From assembly GCF_001194135.2 (NCBI RefSeq), contig NC_068996.1:13583134-13647133 (forward strand): 64,000 nucleotides of DNA. Direction: 5' to 3'. Shown here piece by piece: positions 13,709 to 27,082 of this stretch. Each line of letters opens with the position of its first letter. Position 1 is the first letter of the stretch. This DNA is from Octopus bimaculoides (lineage: Eukaryota). The notes beneath the pieces were generated by a model. The model was not told where the DNA came from. It saw only the letters and a program-made list of their open reading frames with translations, and did no database searches. Both the position numbers and the translations under genes were made by a program.

Positions 13709-14209
13709 TTTATTGAAAAACATCAAAATAACACAAAAATTGTTACTCAGAGTTTCACGTTCCTGTTCGTTATACAGTTTTGTTTAGAATGGAACAGAAA
13801 TAGGGTTATAAGCAAACACATCCAATTACTTTAATGGATACAGATTTGAAAATGGTTTTGCTTCATTAGTCCTTCAACGTGACGGTCCTTACAATGACCG
13901 GTAGCTTGCAATGAACGAATTTCGGTATAAAAATCTTATTATGAAATCGAAAAAACCTTAATCAAAAAAGCTTATAATAGGACAGAGTCTAAATGCATAA
14001 GGTAAATAATTATTTGTAAAATATAAATCAATTAATACATGGAAAGTTATATCCGTTTAAAAATTTTTAAAAAATCACGTTAGATTACATATACATTTAG
14101 CAGCATATGCACATACTAAACCATCTATAATATACATATATACACTAAAACGTACAGATACATGTACAAAGCTATATACATATACAGGCGAGACATAAAT
14201 ATATATCGG

Positions 14210-14470
14210 AGACCCCCTTCGGTCACGAATGACCATGAGATTTCATCTAGAAAGTTACCCTCCGAGGCACAAGTCTGGGCAAGGTTGTTTATGGAAGACA
14301 AATAGTTGCCCATGAATACCAGCCTCCCCTCTCCACGCTACCGATGTTATCCAAGAGAAAGGCTGTAACGTCGTTCCTGCCAGACGTTGGAGGAATTTTT
14401 TCTCCCGAAAAACAAACGTCGGGGATGAACTTACAGTCCTTAGGAGAACGGGCTTGATATTTTTCACCTA
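14210..14470 (-). mobile_element. 3' tail fragment of a SINE/RTE-type retroelement
   Basis: Homologous to the tail of the SINE at 29770-30092 (ATGACCATGAGATT..CTAGAAAGTT..ATACCAGCCTCC..GATGTTATCCAAG). Confidence 0.75.
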
Positions 14471-14499
14471 TCAACAGAAGAACGCCCGAATACCAGATT

Positions 14500-14900
14500 T
14501 ATCTCATGAGTCTATTGTCAAATAATGGCCCACATTCTGATTCTCCGCTGCCGTAACTTTGCAGTGTGCTATTTCCCGCATACGGTTCTATTTCCTGCAC
14601 AAAGTTTGTTTGGTGCCCAAACAGCTGGAGAAAGGTAATGATCTCCCCTGCTTCTTATAAAAGCAGTCACTTAATTTACAAAATATCCTTCCTTCTAAAT
14701 TGAACCCAAACAACTTAAGAAAGCCACAAAGGCGATTGGTAAAGCAGCTGAAGCCAGGTTAAGTTGGCTATCGTCCACAAGAAACTGCAGATGGAGCACT
14801 TCCACAGTTGAAGATTAATTCAGTCTTCGTTGACCGCCACCCTCAGATGAAGCGTAGAGGCAATGGGGCGAAACGCTTGTGAAGCTGAGATATTTGCTAA
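14500..14900 (+). mobile_element. Probable Penelope-like 3' remnant ending in a decayed hammerhead core
   Basis: HSDSP-like GIY-YIG fragment (cattctgattctccg) and CAGATGA...GAAAC at 14844-14874. Heavily degraded. Confidence 0.4.
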
Positions 14901-14955
14901 AAATACAAAAACTTTTCCAACTTTTCAATCGCTTTAACTACTGTTAGGAGGAGAG

Positions 14956-15007
14956 CTGGCGATATCTTTAACTGGCGATATCTTTAACTGGCGATATCTT
15001 TAACTGG
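14956..15007 (+). repeat. 16-bp tandem repeat (CTGGCGATATCTTTAA)x3
   Basis: Direct sequence. Confidence 0.9.
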
Positions 15008-15269
15008 CTCCTACAGTTCCTGCGCGGAGCAATGTTTTTTTCTATAGCATTACCACATTATATATTGCCCTACTCTCATTTAGACTTTCGTTATGTTTCC
15101 TTTCTCACTAAAATCTCTGTTCTCTTGACAGTTTAATTCTAAACCACATATTTCACTTAAGAATTGCTCACTTTACCCCTACCCATTCTCTCCTCTTTTT
15201 TAAATCATATACACCTAAATTTTTTTAATCTATATTTTTAACATTGAGTTTTCTGAAACACTTTATGTA

Positions 15270-16000
15270 TTCCTCCTCCACCTCTGCCACCTCCTCCTCA
15301 TTATCATTCTCCTCCTCCTCCTCCTGGCCTCTCCTCCTTCTACTCCACCTCCTCCCAAACTCTCCTCCTACTCCTCCACCTCTTCTACCTTCTCCTCCTC
15401 CCCACCTCCTCTTCCTCCTCCACCACCACCACCTCCTCCACCACCACCACCTCCTCCACCACCACCACCTCCTCACCTCCTCCACTNNNNNNNNNNNNNN
15501 NNNNNNNNNNNNNNNNNNNNNNNNNNNNNNNNNNNNNNNNNNNNNNNNNNNNNNNNNNNNNNNNNNNNNNNNNNNNNNNNNNNNNNNNNNNNNNNNNNNN
15601 NNNNNNNNNNNNNNNNNNNNNNNNNNNNNNNNNNNNNNNNNNNNNNNNNNNNNNNNNNNNNNNNNNNNNNNNNNNNNNNNNNNNNNNNNNNNNNNNNNNN
15701 NNNNNNNNNNNNNNNNNNNNNNNNNNNNNNNNNNNNNTCCTCTTCCTCCTCTCTGCTCTTCCACCTCTCTCCTCTTCCTCCCCTCTTCTTCTACTTCCTC
15801 CTCTCTCCTCTTCCTCCCCTCTTCTTCTTCTTCTTCTTCTTCTTCTGCTTCCTCCTCCTCCTCCTCCTCCCCTCTTCTTCTTCTTCTTCTTCTTCTTCTT
15901 CTTCTTCTTCTTCTTCTTCTTCCTCCTCCTCCTCCTCCCCTCTTCTTCTTCTTTTTCTTCTTATTCTTCTTCTTCTTCTTCTTCTTCTTCTTCTTCTTCT
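15270..16000. repeat. (CCT/CTT/CAC)n pyrimidine-rich triplet tract spanning a gap
   Basis: Direct sequence. Confidence 0.95.
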
Positions 16001-16834
16001 TCCTTACCCTCCTTTCATCTTTCAGCCCCCTTCCTATTCCCTCGTTTCCCTTCCCCCCTCTACTTCACCTTCTGAGCCTCCACTTTCTTTTCCGATTTCA
16101 ATAATCACGGATTGGCGGTGTCGTCCAGCCCAATTATTTCATGCTTATTACTATAACTAACTGCGAGACTGTAACATCCTCTACCACAACTACATGGCTA
16201 TTGCTATGAAGATATACAAGCTATAATATACATAATAAAAACCCTATGGTTGTGACAATAATTACTGCAAAGCAATAACTTCCACCACAACTTTCAAAAA
16301 CATAGTTATTTCAACCATAAAGAGGCTGTAACATCCATTACAACTACCTGTTGGTTATTACAATAATAGTGGCTGTAATATCTATTTCAACTACCACATT
16401 ATTATTATTACAATAATCACAGAGAGGTTGTATGAGTCATCGAGGAAGAATCTCGCTCCGACTGTGACCACCCCATCTGCTTTATCCATCAGCAATTTAT
16501 TGTTCACTATACTTTCGTATACATACAAAACAATTGCATATAATTTGAAGGACATTTGACTGCTATTTCTTGTTATTCGTGTCACCATATTGAGTCTTGT
16601 TGTTGATACTGTTGCTCTTTCTGATAGTATTGATGTTGTTTTTGCTCGCTGTACAGTTATTTCTATTACTGTCTTACGCAAGATGTGTATATTGCTCTTA
16701 CTCTCTTATGATAAATGAGTATAGCTCGCTTCTCTTATTATTGTATTAGTCTCTTCTCGTTACTGCTTCCAAGGCCATCTGTAAAAAGAAAAAAAGAAAT
16801 AGAAAAAAATTAGAAGAAAAAAATAACCATTTAC

Positions 16835-16953
16835 CTTATCGAAGAACGAAGTAAAATTGAAATATCTTCCCCTAGAGCGGATATATATTCAACCAAAATG
16901 TCTCCCTGCAGCAACTCAATGTGTTGCAAATGGAACGAGACAAGAACATTCAA
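16835..16953 (-). CDS. Candidate internal exon, 119 nt, phase 0-2: LNVLVSFHLQHIELLQGDILVEYISALGEDISILLRSSI(R)
   Basis: Acceptor tgcattttag, donor AAG|gtaaat, only frame 0 open. No homology recognised. Confidence 0.25.
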
Positions 16954-17511
16954 CTAAAATGCAATACAAATAAATAGTTCCACAGGCAAGACAAGAATGT
17001 ATGATGGATTACGGAGCGTGAGTTTATTGAGATCACGATACAAAAATAACAAAGGAAAAGTGGTTCCGAAACGGTGTCTTCTCGAAAAGTTAATTCCGAA
17101 CAGGAAGACCCGTCTCATACTGTTATCGTCCAAAAAAATAAAAAGAAAAAAAAAAGGAACGCTAGACCATGAACATTAGAAAGAAGTGTTGCAGTATAAC
17201 TACGCATCAGTATTATATCCAATACACGTCAGCGTTATAAAAGAGGCGTGTTATAAAAGACCAAAGAATTTTACAGAGAGTTTGACAAACGTGAAAAAAA
17301 AATAAAAAGGAATAAAGAAAAACATAAAAGAAACGAAAATCAAATACTGGAGCACAAAATAACATCAACAAAAATTGAAGAAAAATGGAACGGAATATAA
17401 AACTCAAACATTCAGCACAATCCAAAACAATGAATCAGAAGGGAAATATAAAATATAAAATATCACACTGAGTATTGCCCACCATTATCGGCAAGAACAT
17501 CTTCAACATTG

Positions 17512-17718
17512 TTTTCAAATTTAGCACAAGGCCAGCAATTTCTGGAAAGAGGGTACGCCGATTACATCAAACCCAGAGCTCAGATGGTACTTATTTTATC
17601 GAACCTGAAAGGATGAACAGCAAAGTCGATCCCCGCGGAATTTAAACTCAGGAAGAGAAGACGTACGAAATACCGTAAAGCATTTTCCCCGGCTTCCTAA
17701 CGATTCTGCCAGCTCACC
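17512..17718 (-). mobile_element. tRNA-derived SINE, family A (diverged)
   Basis: Homologous to 6561-6794. Confidence 0.8.
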
Positions 17719-17979
17719 AAGAACTGCCTGCAAGTGGAAAGTTCCAGCGATTAAAAAGGTCTCAAATTTCTGAGTGAAATATCTGATCAGTACCAGTAGA
17801 TATATGGCAGAAAACTAAAATCAATACATATTTAGATGTTGGAATGGAAAACAATATTTATTGCACAACACAAATCTACAGCAGCCCTCCCCCTCCAAAA
17901 TAAAAAAAATCTATAGGCCTATATCTCATTTACCAATAGCATACGCAGTTCTTACATCCATCTTCTATAACAAGCTGTA

Positions 17980-18060
17980 ACAAAAACAACGAAAACAACA
18001 ACAAAAACAACGAAAACAACAACAAAAACAACGAAAACAACAACAAAAAACAACAACAGC
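17980..18060 (+). repeat. 21-bp minisatellite (CAACGAAAACAACAACAAAAA)x3
   Basis: Direct sequence. Confidence 0.85.
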
Positions 18061-18584
18061 GACATCAACAACAGCAACAACAATAATGATAATACCAATA
18101 AACAATAAACACGGGGTTTAACATGCTAGAACTGTATCCGACTGTTTCTAAAAATCATTTAACACCAATTAAAAAACAACAAGTCAAAGCTGAAAATGTT
18201 ACGAAAATGTTTATTACACAATAAATCAATAGTTTACTTACACATTAGAATTTTATTGCCTTTTTACCTGATATAATTAATGTATTTCAAATGTTTATAT
18301 TTGCCAGTGATCGGCCACCACATATAAGGAAACTAACAGAACACAAATCATCTATAGCAAATTTTGTCATTCCTCACAAAATTAAATGACAAACATTATA
18401 TGTAAAAGCCATATCATTTAGTTTAGTCTAACGTTAAAAGGAGAATGCGCAGTTTTGAATTTTATGCAAAATGTACGAGTAAAGGTAGTGTTAAACACTC
18501 AGCATCATCGAAACAAAGTTACCTGAAAAAATTATAACCTAAATAAGGATGTGATTTTATTATTATTATTTTGTTTATTTATTC

Positions 18585-21560
18585 CTGAAGTGTTGTAAGT
18601 GAAAGAAAACAAACATTAGTAGACCGTGAGAAAGATATCAAGAAAAGCTGGAAAGAAAAACTGAACGAGAAAAATATGCGTGTAAGTTTTTAGAACACCA
18701 ACTTCAGGAAAACTAGGGTATGGGGCTGATTAAGGAAAGGGGACTTGAAGTAATACTTCGTTTATGAAAGCGAAACTATGATAAAGTGTTCGTGTAAAAT
18801 TTAGAGAGAAATTAATTCTGATGTAGAAGTAACAGTAGATCTCAACAAACTAATTTTGGAAAATACATTCTCAAAACCAAAAAGATATCTGTTATAGAAA
18901 TAGAATACTTGATAGGAACAAAACACAAATGAACAAATAAAAAAAAATAAGCGCAAAAACAAAAAAAAATAAATAAATGAGAACCAGAGATAAACATTTT
19001 GAGAATATAAACCACGCAGAAAGACATAACATATTCAAAACAAAACCAAAGAAAAAAATTAAACATAACGAAATCAAACACTGAAACACAGAATGCTAAC
19101 CAGCAACAAAACCAAACAAGAACAGTAGAAAACAGGTCCATAAATGGAAATACAAGAAAGGTTAAGAGTAGAAAATTGTAAAGATGGAAATTACCAATAT
19201 GACAATAATGAGAATTTTGAGAGTTAAAGAATTAAAAATCACTAATCTCCTATCGCAGATTTAATGACAACAGATACATACATCAATATAAAAGAAGTAA
19301 TAAATGTTACAGTCATTGCAGATATAAAGTAGAGAGGACATACTTTTAGCTTTACTAATATAGCAATGTTATAAACTTGTAAACCACGTGGGAAATAAAG
19401 ATACAGAACAAAAGATATAACATATCGAAATCTTTAACAAGTTCAATTACAAAAAAGACAGTTAAAAAAGGGTTAGACAAAAACTACAGAAATTTAACAG
19501 AAAAAAAATTACTCGAAATCAAAGAATGCATGAAATAAGATATTCTGGCTGAATGGCAAGGAACCCGTTATTATGAAAACTGACAACGATTCTTTGAACA
19601 AAAGAAAAAAAACCGCTTGAATCAAACTCCAAACGAATGTTTCTCAAGTACTGGAACTAGAAATAGATACAGCACCAATAGCAGCAGAAGTTGAAGAACT
19701 CTAGAGATGATTATGGGCAGCGAAGGAATTACTATAGACAAATTCTTCAAAACTGCGAACATAGCATCTGTGCAATCGTGGAAGCTCACATCAACTCAAG
19801 AATAGCCAATACATTTCAAAAATCGAAGAACTGGCAGGATTCAGGAAATAATAATATCCTAAATTTCTGGTTAAAATATTTTAGAACCGCAGATAATAAA
19901 GTATTATACTTGCAGAGATGTTTAATGGCATCCTATTAATAAAAGAAGCGGAAATGATACCTGACTAGTTCACCGAAGGTAAAAAAAAAGAACTATCTTA
20001 ATATCCAAGACTAAAGAAACAGCTAATTCTTAAAAACACAGATACATAACCTGCCTCCCTACAGCTTACAAAACCTTAACTGAAATAATATCGTAGAGGA
20101 TAAATATAAATAGAAAAAAAAAACCAAAAGAAGAAGAAAGAGACAATTAATTTTCAGAAGAAAATACGAGATGCGGCAAAGATTCCTTGGCTGTAAAGAT
20201 AAATTACAGAAGAAAAAAGTCATAAATGAAGACTACGGAAGGAGAAGGAAGGCTTTTGATAATGGTTTACGGGAATGTGTTCGGAAAGCCTTTAACTACT
20301 AAGGTAGCACCAATAAAAAGGATAAACATTAAATATGTCATGGATAAATGGAGAAAAATTCTGCAGATTCAAAGAGGGAATTATAACATATAACCCCTTA
20401 CCATTAAACTGGGTCTTCCCATCTCAACTTGTTTAACCAAACTATGAAAACTGATGATACGTGTTTTCAAATGCTATGGGAAGAAAATCAACGTTTTTGG
20501 TATATGCATGGACGTTACGAATTTACTTGAAGAATTAGCATGAAGTTTTGTTTACAAACGTGCACAAGAATAATCTTGGGGTGTAGAATTTAAATCAGGA
20601 ACAGTAATATTGTGATAGCTAAAGAATTAATGATAACACAATTCCATCAAGCGCCAACTTAAAGCATAAGAAACTACACAAAGTAGAAATATGCTCATGA
20701 AAAAAATACGGAAAATATATTATCGGTGTAAAATTAGCTAAATGCAAAGAAAAAAAAAATAGCAAGAATCAATACACTAGAGGTACCTGCAATAAGTTAT
20801 TGTTATAATATTCTCAAATGGGTACTAAATAAGTTAGCAAGACTAGGTAAAAACAATGACTGCACTTAGAATACATTAGAATACATTAGCATTAATCCAC
20901 CAAAATCTGATGCCTTCTGATTATATTTGCCACACATTCAAAGTGTTATGAGTTCTATGCAGCTGGAAAACTAGTATAAAATATCCACTGCAGAGCTAGT
21001 AAATATCTAGTAAAGAATGACAGAAAACTAATACAAATAACAACATAACATAAACAATACAACCTGTCCCTGTATGTTATCTGCCAGGGTGATAATAAAG
21101 ACAAAATAGACGTTAAAATAGAAGTCTGTAGTAAGAAGAAAGAGATAAAAAGAAATTATGACTCCTATAAAAATTCAAAAATAGTGGTACAGCACACAAT
21201 GTCATGCAAAAGCGATGAGAAGGCAACACTTTAGGCGGCTAACATCTGAAAAATCTAAATGGATGCAATAATAACTACTGTATGAAAAGTGTGAGTGTGA
21301 AAGCTGAGATTAAGACATTGTTGATTACGGTGCTGGGTCAAATCCTCCCCACCAGAATCCAGCGAAAGAAAGTGATGTAACGGAATACACTAACTGTAGA
21401 ATATGTAGAGTTTTGGGGGGAAAAAGTAAATTCATTGTCTCTGATTGACCTGTCTCGTATAAAAAATAATATACACTTGCAAGTATGACAGAGTTCAGGG
21501 CTTTCATACACTGGAGGATATACCAGCATTCAGGTGCTCCAGCAAAACCTGTGATAAAGG
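18585..21560 (+). mobile_element. Highly degraded R4/Dong-type (RLE) LINE fragments
   Basis: YMxD RT-like motif (tatatgcatggac ~20500), CRIC...FIVSD zinc-finger remnant (~21390-21450), and a W.EK...KGDLK C-terminal remnant (~18650-18750). Followed by an (AAT)n tail. Confidence 0.65.
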
Positions 21561-21562
21561 GA

Positions 21563-21790
<228 letters not shown>

Positions 21791-21799
21791 GAGGAAAAG

Positions 21800-23020
21800 A
21801 TTTTTGACAGATAAATACGAGAATTGTTGACAATACATAGAATGCACCATCCCCTGGCATATATAGAACTCTTTACCTGCCAAGAAGAGAGAGTGGCCAT
21901 GGACTTTCACAACTGGAATTAACAATGAAGGTTGCCACAATTGACCTAAGTACTTACCTGATAATCTCTGATGAGCGGATGTTAAAACGTTGACATAAAG
22001 TATGAAACCAAGAAAGCATCATACTCAGTAACAAAACAAGCAAAGACATATCTAAGTGAATCCTAAATACAACAAATCCCAGAATTAGACGTACTGGAAA
22101 CAAGCACAGAAAAAGCTAAGCGTATGAAAACCTGTGCTAAAACTGATGCCTTAGATATTCTTACTGATAAATGCCAAGAAGAAACCTCTCAATGGCAAAT
22201 GCCCCAAAAGAGCTAATAATGCCGATGTTGACAAAACCCTTACCCATCAATAGCCAACATATTAAAGAAAGACAGTAGCCGAACATGCTTATGTAAACAA
22301 CAAAATGAAGCCATCGATCATTTTGTTTTCATGTGCCATCTTCTTGCATCAAAACAGTAACTCAACAGGTATGATAGAGCAGCACTGTATATTCACTGGG
22401 TAATTTGCAGAGACTTTGACCTGTCCCATGATAAAAACTGGTGGGAACACAAACCACCTGCAGTGCTTGAAAATGATCACATTTCACTCATCTGGAACTT
22501 CACCGCTTAAACTGACAGAAAGATAGATGCGAATAGGCAAGATATTATATTGAAAGACTTCAGACAAAATCATGCCTCCTCATTGATATGGCTGTCCCAA
22601 TCGACATAAATGTATCTGAGTAAGTATAAAGATCTTGAAATAGAAATTGGCAAAATATGGAACCTCAAGTCAAGAACAATACCTATTGTCATAGGTGCCC
22701 TAGAAATTATAGGAAAAGGGACTGATTGCTACCTAGCTCAGATGCCAAGAAACCCCAAAATGAAAGAAATTCAAAAAATAGTGCTTATGAGAATTGCCCA
22801 TATCCTACATGAAATACTGTCTTTGAAATCTCAAATTTTAAAAGAAGCTTATAATGTTCTTATGTTTTCTTAGACATTCTCTTGAACAATACTTTGTGCG
22901 AAACCAAATATATGACACCTTGTGATAGCACCAAATTGAACTTCTAACTTGTCGTCTCTTGAGGTTTCTAGGTGAGACTTGGAATCAACTTGTACAAATA
23001 CAAAGCAAAAGCCAAACATA
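21800..23020 (+). mobile_element. 5'-truncated R4/Dong-type LINE 3' end with RLE domain and 3' UTR
   Basis: LYLPRxE..GL motif (~21870), CHLLASK..RYDR, W.FT..TDRKIDA.R.DI, and ORF KYKDLEIEIGKIWNLKSRTIPIVIGAL...LHEILSL. The 3' UTR leads into an (AAC/AAT)n tail. Confidence 0.85.
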
Positions 23021-23087
23021 TAATAACAATGATAACAACAACGGCAACAATAGCAATAACAATTACAACAACAGCAATAACAACAGC

Positions 23088-23127
<40 letters not shown>

Positions 23128-23135
23128 GCAACAAC

Positions 23136-23176
<41 letters not shown>

Positions 23177-23180
23177 TGAT
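23020..23180. repeat. (AAC/AAT)n microsatellite (LINE tail or target)
   Basis: Direct sequence. Confidence 0.95.
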
Positions 23181-24030
23181 AATGAGGAAGATAAATGATA
23201 TCACTGATGATATCAACACTGACAACATCACAGACATCAACAATCTGATGAATGCAATCTCGATCTTTATAGCCCGGAAGTTAGGTTTGAAAGCCAAAGG
23301 TAAATGTCAGCATAACCTGAAGGAACCATGGTGGAAAAGGGTAATAACGCAGTCTATTAACGAGACCAGAAAACATATTAATAGTCTGGCGGAAAAAAAA
23401 GAAATGAAACTCAGTGAGAGAAATATGTCGAGCTAGAGAGTAAGTTTAGGGTGAAGAGAAAGGGAATCAATGTTGTAATTGAGGAATTAAAACAGAGGTT
23501 GAAAGCTAAAGCACATAAACTAGAGAGATTTGAACAGAGAATTGAGTAGTACAGATTAAACAGACTTTTCGAACAAAATCAGAATCGAGTCTACCAGGAA
23601 TTGGATAGGAAAGAAAAAGGAGGAAAAGCCGTACCGGATGATGAAGAAAGCAAGATTCTGGGCAAACATATGGCCTCAGGACAAACAACACGAAACCGAA
23701 GCGGACGGGTTAAAGGCACTCAGAGAGGAGAGTGGAAAGTGTCAACAGGAAGATTTGAGAATAACCGAGATGATTAGAGAGCAGTGCAGGAGAATTCTTA
23801 ACTGGAAAGCACCTGGCCCAGATGGGCTTAAAAGCTTAAGAGCTCGGCGCAGGAGAACTGTGACACAGCCGAATGAAATACTGAGTAGTGACATCCAAGT
23901 ACCGGCCTGGATGACAAAAGAAAGAACGGTACCAAGCCAGAAGGACCCAAGTAAAGGGAATGCGGTTGTCACTGGTGTGGAAACTGATGACGGCCATCAT
24001 ATCGAACAGCACCTATAGGTACCTAGATGA
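23180..24030 (+). mobile_element. R4/Dong-type LINE, N-terminal-to-RT segment, truncated at both ends
   Basis: NITDINNLMNA..KEPWWKR, NRLFEQNQ.RVYQEL, FWANIW, WKAPGPDG motifs. Confidence 0.8.
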
Positions 24031-24039
24031 GAACGACCT

Positions 24040-24118
24040 ACTATCAGTGGTACTTAATTTATCGACCCCGAAAGGATGAAAGGTGAAGCTGACCTCAGTG
24101 GAATTTGAACTCAGAACA
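24040..24118 (-). mobile_element. SINE family A fragment
   Basis: GGTACTTAATTTATCGACCCCGAAAGGATGAAAGG...GGAATTTGAACTCAGAAC matches the copy at 6561-6794. Confidence 0.8.
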
Positions 24119-24124
24119 TAATAA

Positions 24125-24440
24125 TGCAGTACCAGGCACTGGCTCTCATGGTTTCTGATCTTAATTGATTGGAAGTGTTATCATGTACATTGTTTTGTCT
24201 TGGTATAAAAAGATGGGTTACAACAAATATTCTGCTTAATACCACAGATTTGCTTGTCAGTTGTTTGACCTTAACCAGTTGAGCATGTCCCTTAGTGGCT
24301 GACGATATGTGAATCTCTGATCACGTGCAGAAGTGGGAGAGCATCATAGCTATGCATTGAGAGGGATTATTTGGGACTTGCATAATTCACCTTTGGAAAC
24401 ATAAGTGTGTCGATCAACATTCTTAAACAGCCCTTATTCA
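24125..24440. mobile_element. Interspersed repeat, probably a SINE-type body
   Basis: The sequence style resembles an octopus interspersed repeat as I recall it, and it abuts a SINE fragment. No second copy in the window. Confidence 0.4.
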
Positions 24441-25204
24441 GGGATAAGCAACTCGACCTGGAAAAACGGAACTCGTTGTAAAAACGGAACTCATAACAAA
24501 ACTAACCCAAAAAGAGAAAGAACGGTGGATGAATAATCATAAAAACTATGAAATAGTTGATCTATGGTTTACACACACTACTATACAACCCCTCTCCACA
24601 CACACACCAAACAAAAAAAAACATACAAGAATAAACTCAAACAGTAAATACCAAACAATATGAACAAAATCCCCAGCATGTGCGATAGAAGGCCGATACC
24701 CGAAAGAAGAACGCAACTTGCACTATACAAATAATACACGATACAAAAAATAACACAACAGAAGACTCAAACCAAACCCCATAACAAAACATACTGATAC
24801 AATACACAAAAAAATATGCAACACGCACCATCCCGCTGGTACAATGGTGCAACAAATGATGCAATGGAAAGTTGCTTGAATCCCCAAATCCAAAAGTTCA
24901 ACGATGTAAACGTCACTATGCATATATTATTATTTTTCTATCAGTAATTAAAAACAGAGCGAGGTGAATTGGGTCTTTCCAAGGTTAAAGTCAGCGCTCT
25001 CATTGATCGCTAGTGGTGGTAAACACATTTGACGTCTGCTGACCGCAAGGCTGAGACGCTTCTTTTGTCTCCTGAGCGCACAGGAATGCGAAACGCCGTT
25101 GTTGATATCCTTCTGATCTCCTTCTGCCTAACCTATTAACAGACCAGTGGGATTTGGTCTATTCACTGAGCTGCTTCTCTTTCTCCTACTATCTATCCAA
25201 CCCT

Positions 25205-25455
25205 CACATATTTATGATTATCACAAGTACAAGACAAAAATCAAAACTAAACAGCAATAAAGAATATCACACAGTAGTTGGAGCAAAAATGGCATCTCAA
25301 GACGTTACAATACCAGTGATTGTAGGAGCAATTGAAGCGAGCAGTAAACTGAAAATTATTTGAGAATGATCCATGGATTATCATTCATGCAGGAAGCGCA
25401 AAAGATTGTATTAACTGTTACGTCAAACATATTGAGAAGAGCATTTTCGCTGTGA
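25205..25455 (+). mobile_element. RLE-LINE extreme 3' fragment
   Basis: KEYHTV...VTIPVIVGAI...LRRAF-like translation, parallel to the RLE C-termini at 22610-22830 and 54688-54912. Confidence 0.6.
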
Positions 25456-26329
25456 ATTTTCTTTCCTTCTTTTGCCATTTATTTTCTTTGTTTATTTTTA
25501 TATTTTATATTTTCTATATTTTTATATTTTTTATATTTTTTCTTTTTCTCTCTGTCTTTCTTCCTTTTTTTCTGTCACATGACTGATATGGTTATTTTAA
25601 TGGTCTGCAAATGTATACAGAGCGTATCTCTGCCCTAGGAGTCATGAAGGCACTCGGCAAGAATAGGAAACAGAATTGAAAGAAGATGATAATGAAAGTG
25701 ATAATAAACTTGTCCCAGTAGCTAACGGCAAACTCGGATTAGATTATTCGCAATAACAGTGTATGTGTTTTGTTTTTTTTTACGGATTCCTACATCGGAG
25801 GCGACAAATATCGTCTAAGGATGTGGTTGGCTGTAAGTGCACACTATTGAGGAGATCCAACGAATTCGAATATTGTAGTCGTCGACAAGATGAACTATGT
25901 ATCATAATCTACATAATAAACATATTGTACTATGAGTTGTAATGTATATGAGATAAAAGAAAACACAAAACAACTTCGTGTATGATACCAACTTGAAGTA
26001 TAGAATCTTCAAATCTTGGAACATAAGAATTAAAAAGGTTATAACACTGCTCATTATTACTGTAGCGTTGAGAACTATGATAGAAATAGGAGAACCTTAA
26101 AAAAACTTGGCCCTAACATACCTCTCCTGTATTTGCCGCAGGGGCATCAGATGAAGAGGACAATTTATAGTTTATGTGGGGATGTACATAAAAGTGGAAG
26201 GGAATGAAAGGGTGGGGGCGCGGAAATGAGAAAAAGGTATACATGGTATATGAAAAATGTGAAAATATATATGCTGAAGTTCTCATGATATATAACAACC
26301 TTCAACTAAGGTCACTTGACGAACCTCAC

Positions 26330-26770
26330 AAATTCCTAACCACCAAAAAGCACGAGCCGTCACGCAACTATTGTTCTCCAATCTACAGGTTCACACTTAG
26401 AGTAGATCCATTCACCCGAACCATTATGCCAGTCACCGACCTTTTTACAAATTCATTGGGAGAGAACATCCCACCTCTCCATTCTCATTTTCCATTTCCA
26501 AGTGGAACTTAAAAATAATCGATAAGGTCTTGACCGAAAAGGAGCACGTTTGTCTTGAATAGTTTTAGCCTCGTACGTCACAAAATCTCCTTCGCTATAG
26601 CCATAAGACAGGAATATTATCTTCACCACCTCTTAAACTGTGGTTGGTCTTCATGATGGACTCGGCTCATTGTCGGATTCATCCCAGGTGAGACTACAGT
26701 TGTTCGACAAAACTCCAGAAGTCAGCAATGCCGATTCACTTCACGGTTCTCCGCTTTAGGTACCCAACCT
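26330..26770 (-). mobile_element. Tx1-clade LINE 3' fragment
   Basis: The minus strand gives PQFKR...MAIAKE..RTRLK...GQDLIDYF...SPNEFVKR..MVRVNGSTL, which parallels the APPPSFNREVKAVF region at 11790-11839. Confidence 0.6.
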
Positions 26771-27043
26771 TTCAGACTAGAGCATTAAAAGCAGAATAAA
26801 AAATTATATTTATTTTAGAGGAAATGCAATATATTATTAACCATTAATATTCTTTGTTGATTAATATATTTCAGTAAACGATATTGGTAGCATTAAATAA
26901 ATGAGAAATTATAACAAAATTTGTATCATCACAGTAATAAGCAGAAGTAGTGTATGCAATATGTGTGCGTGTATGTGTATGTGCAAGCATGTATATGTGT
27001 ATATGCGTCTATGTATGTATATATGTGTATGTGTGTGTGTGCC

Positions 27044-27082
<39 letters not shown>

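Noticed and set aside
16704-16778. AG/GT-bounded minus-strand segment after a strong acceptor
   Set aside because: Stops in all three frames, and only a 56-nt intron would separate it from the 16835-16953 candidate.
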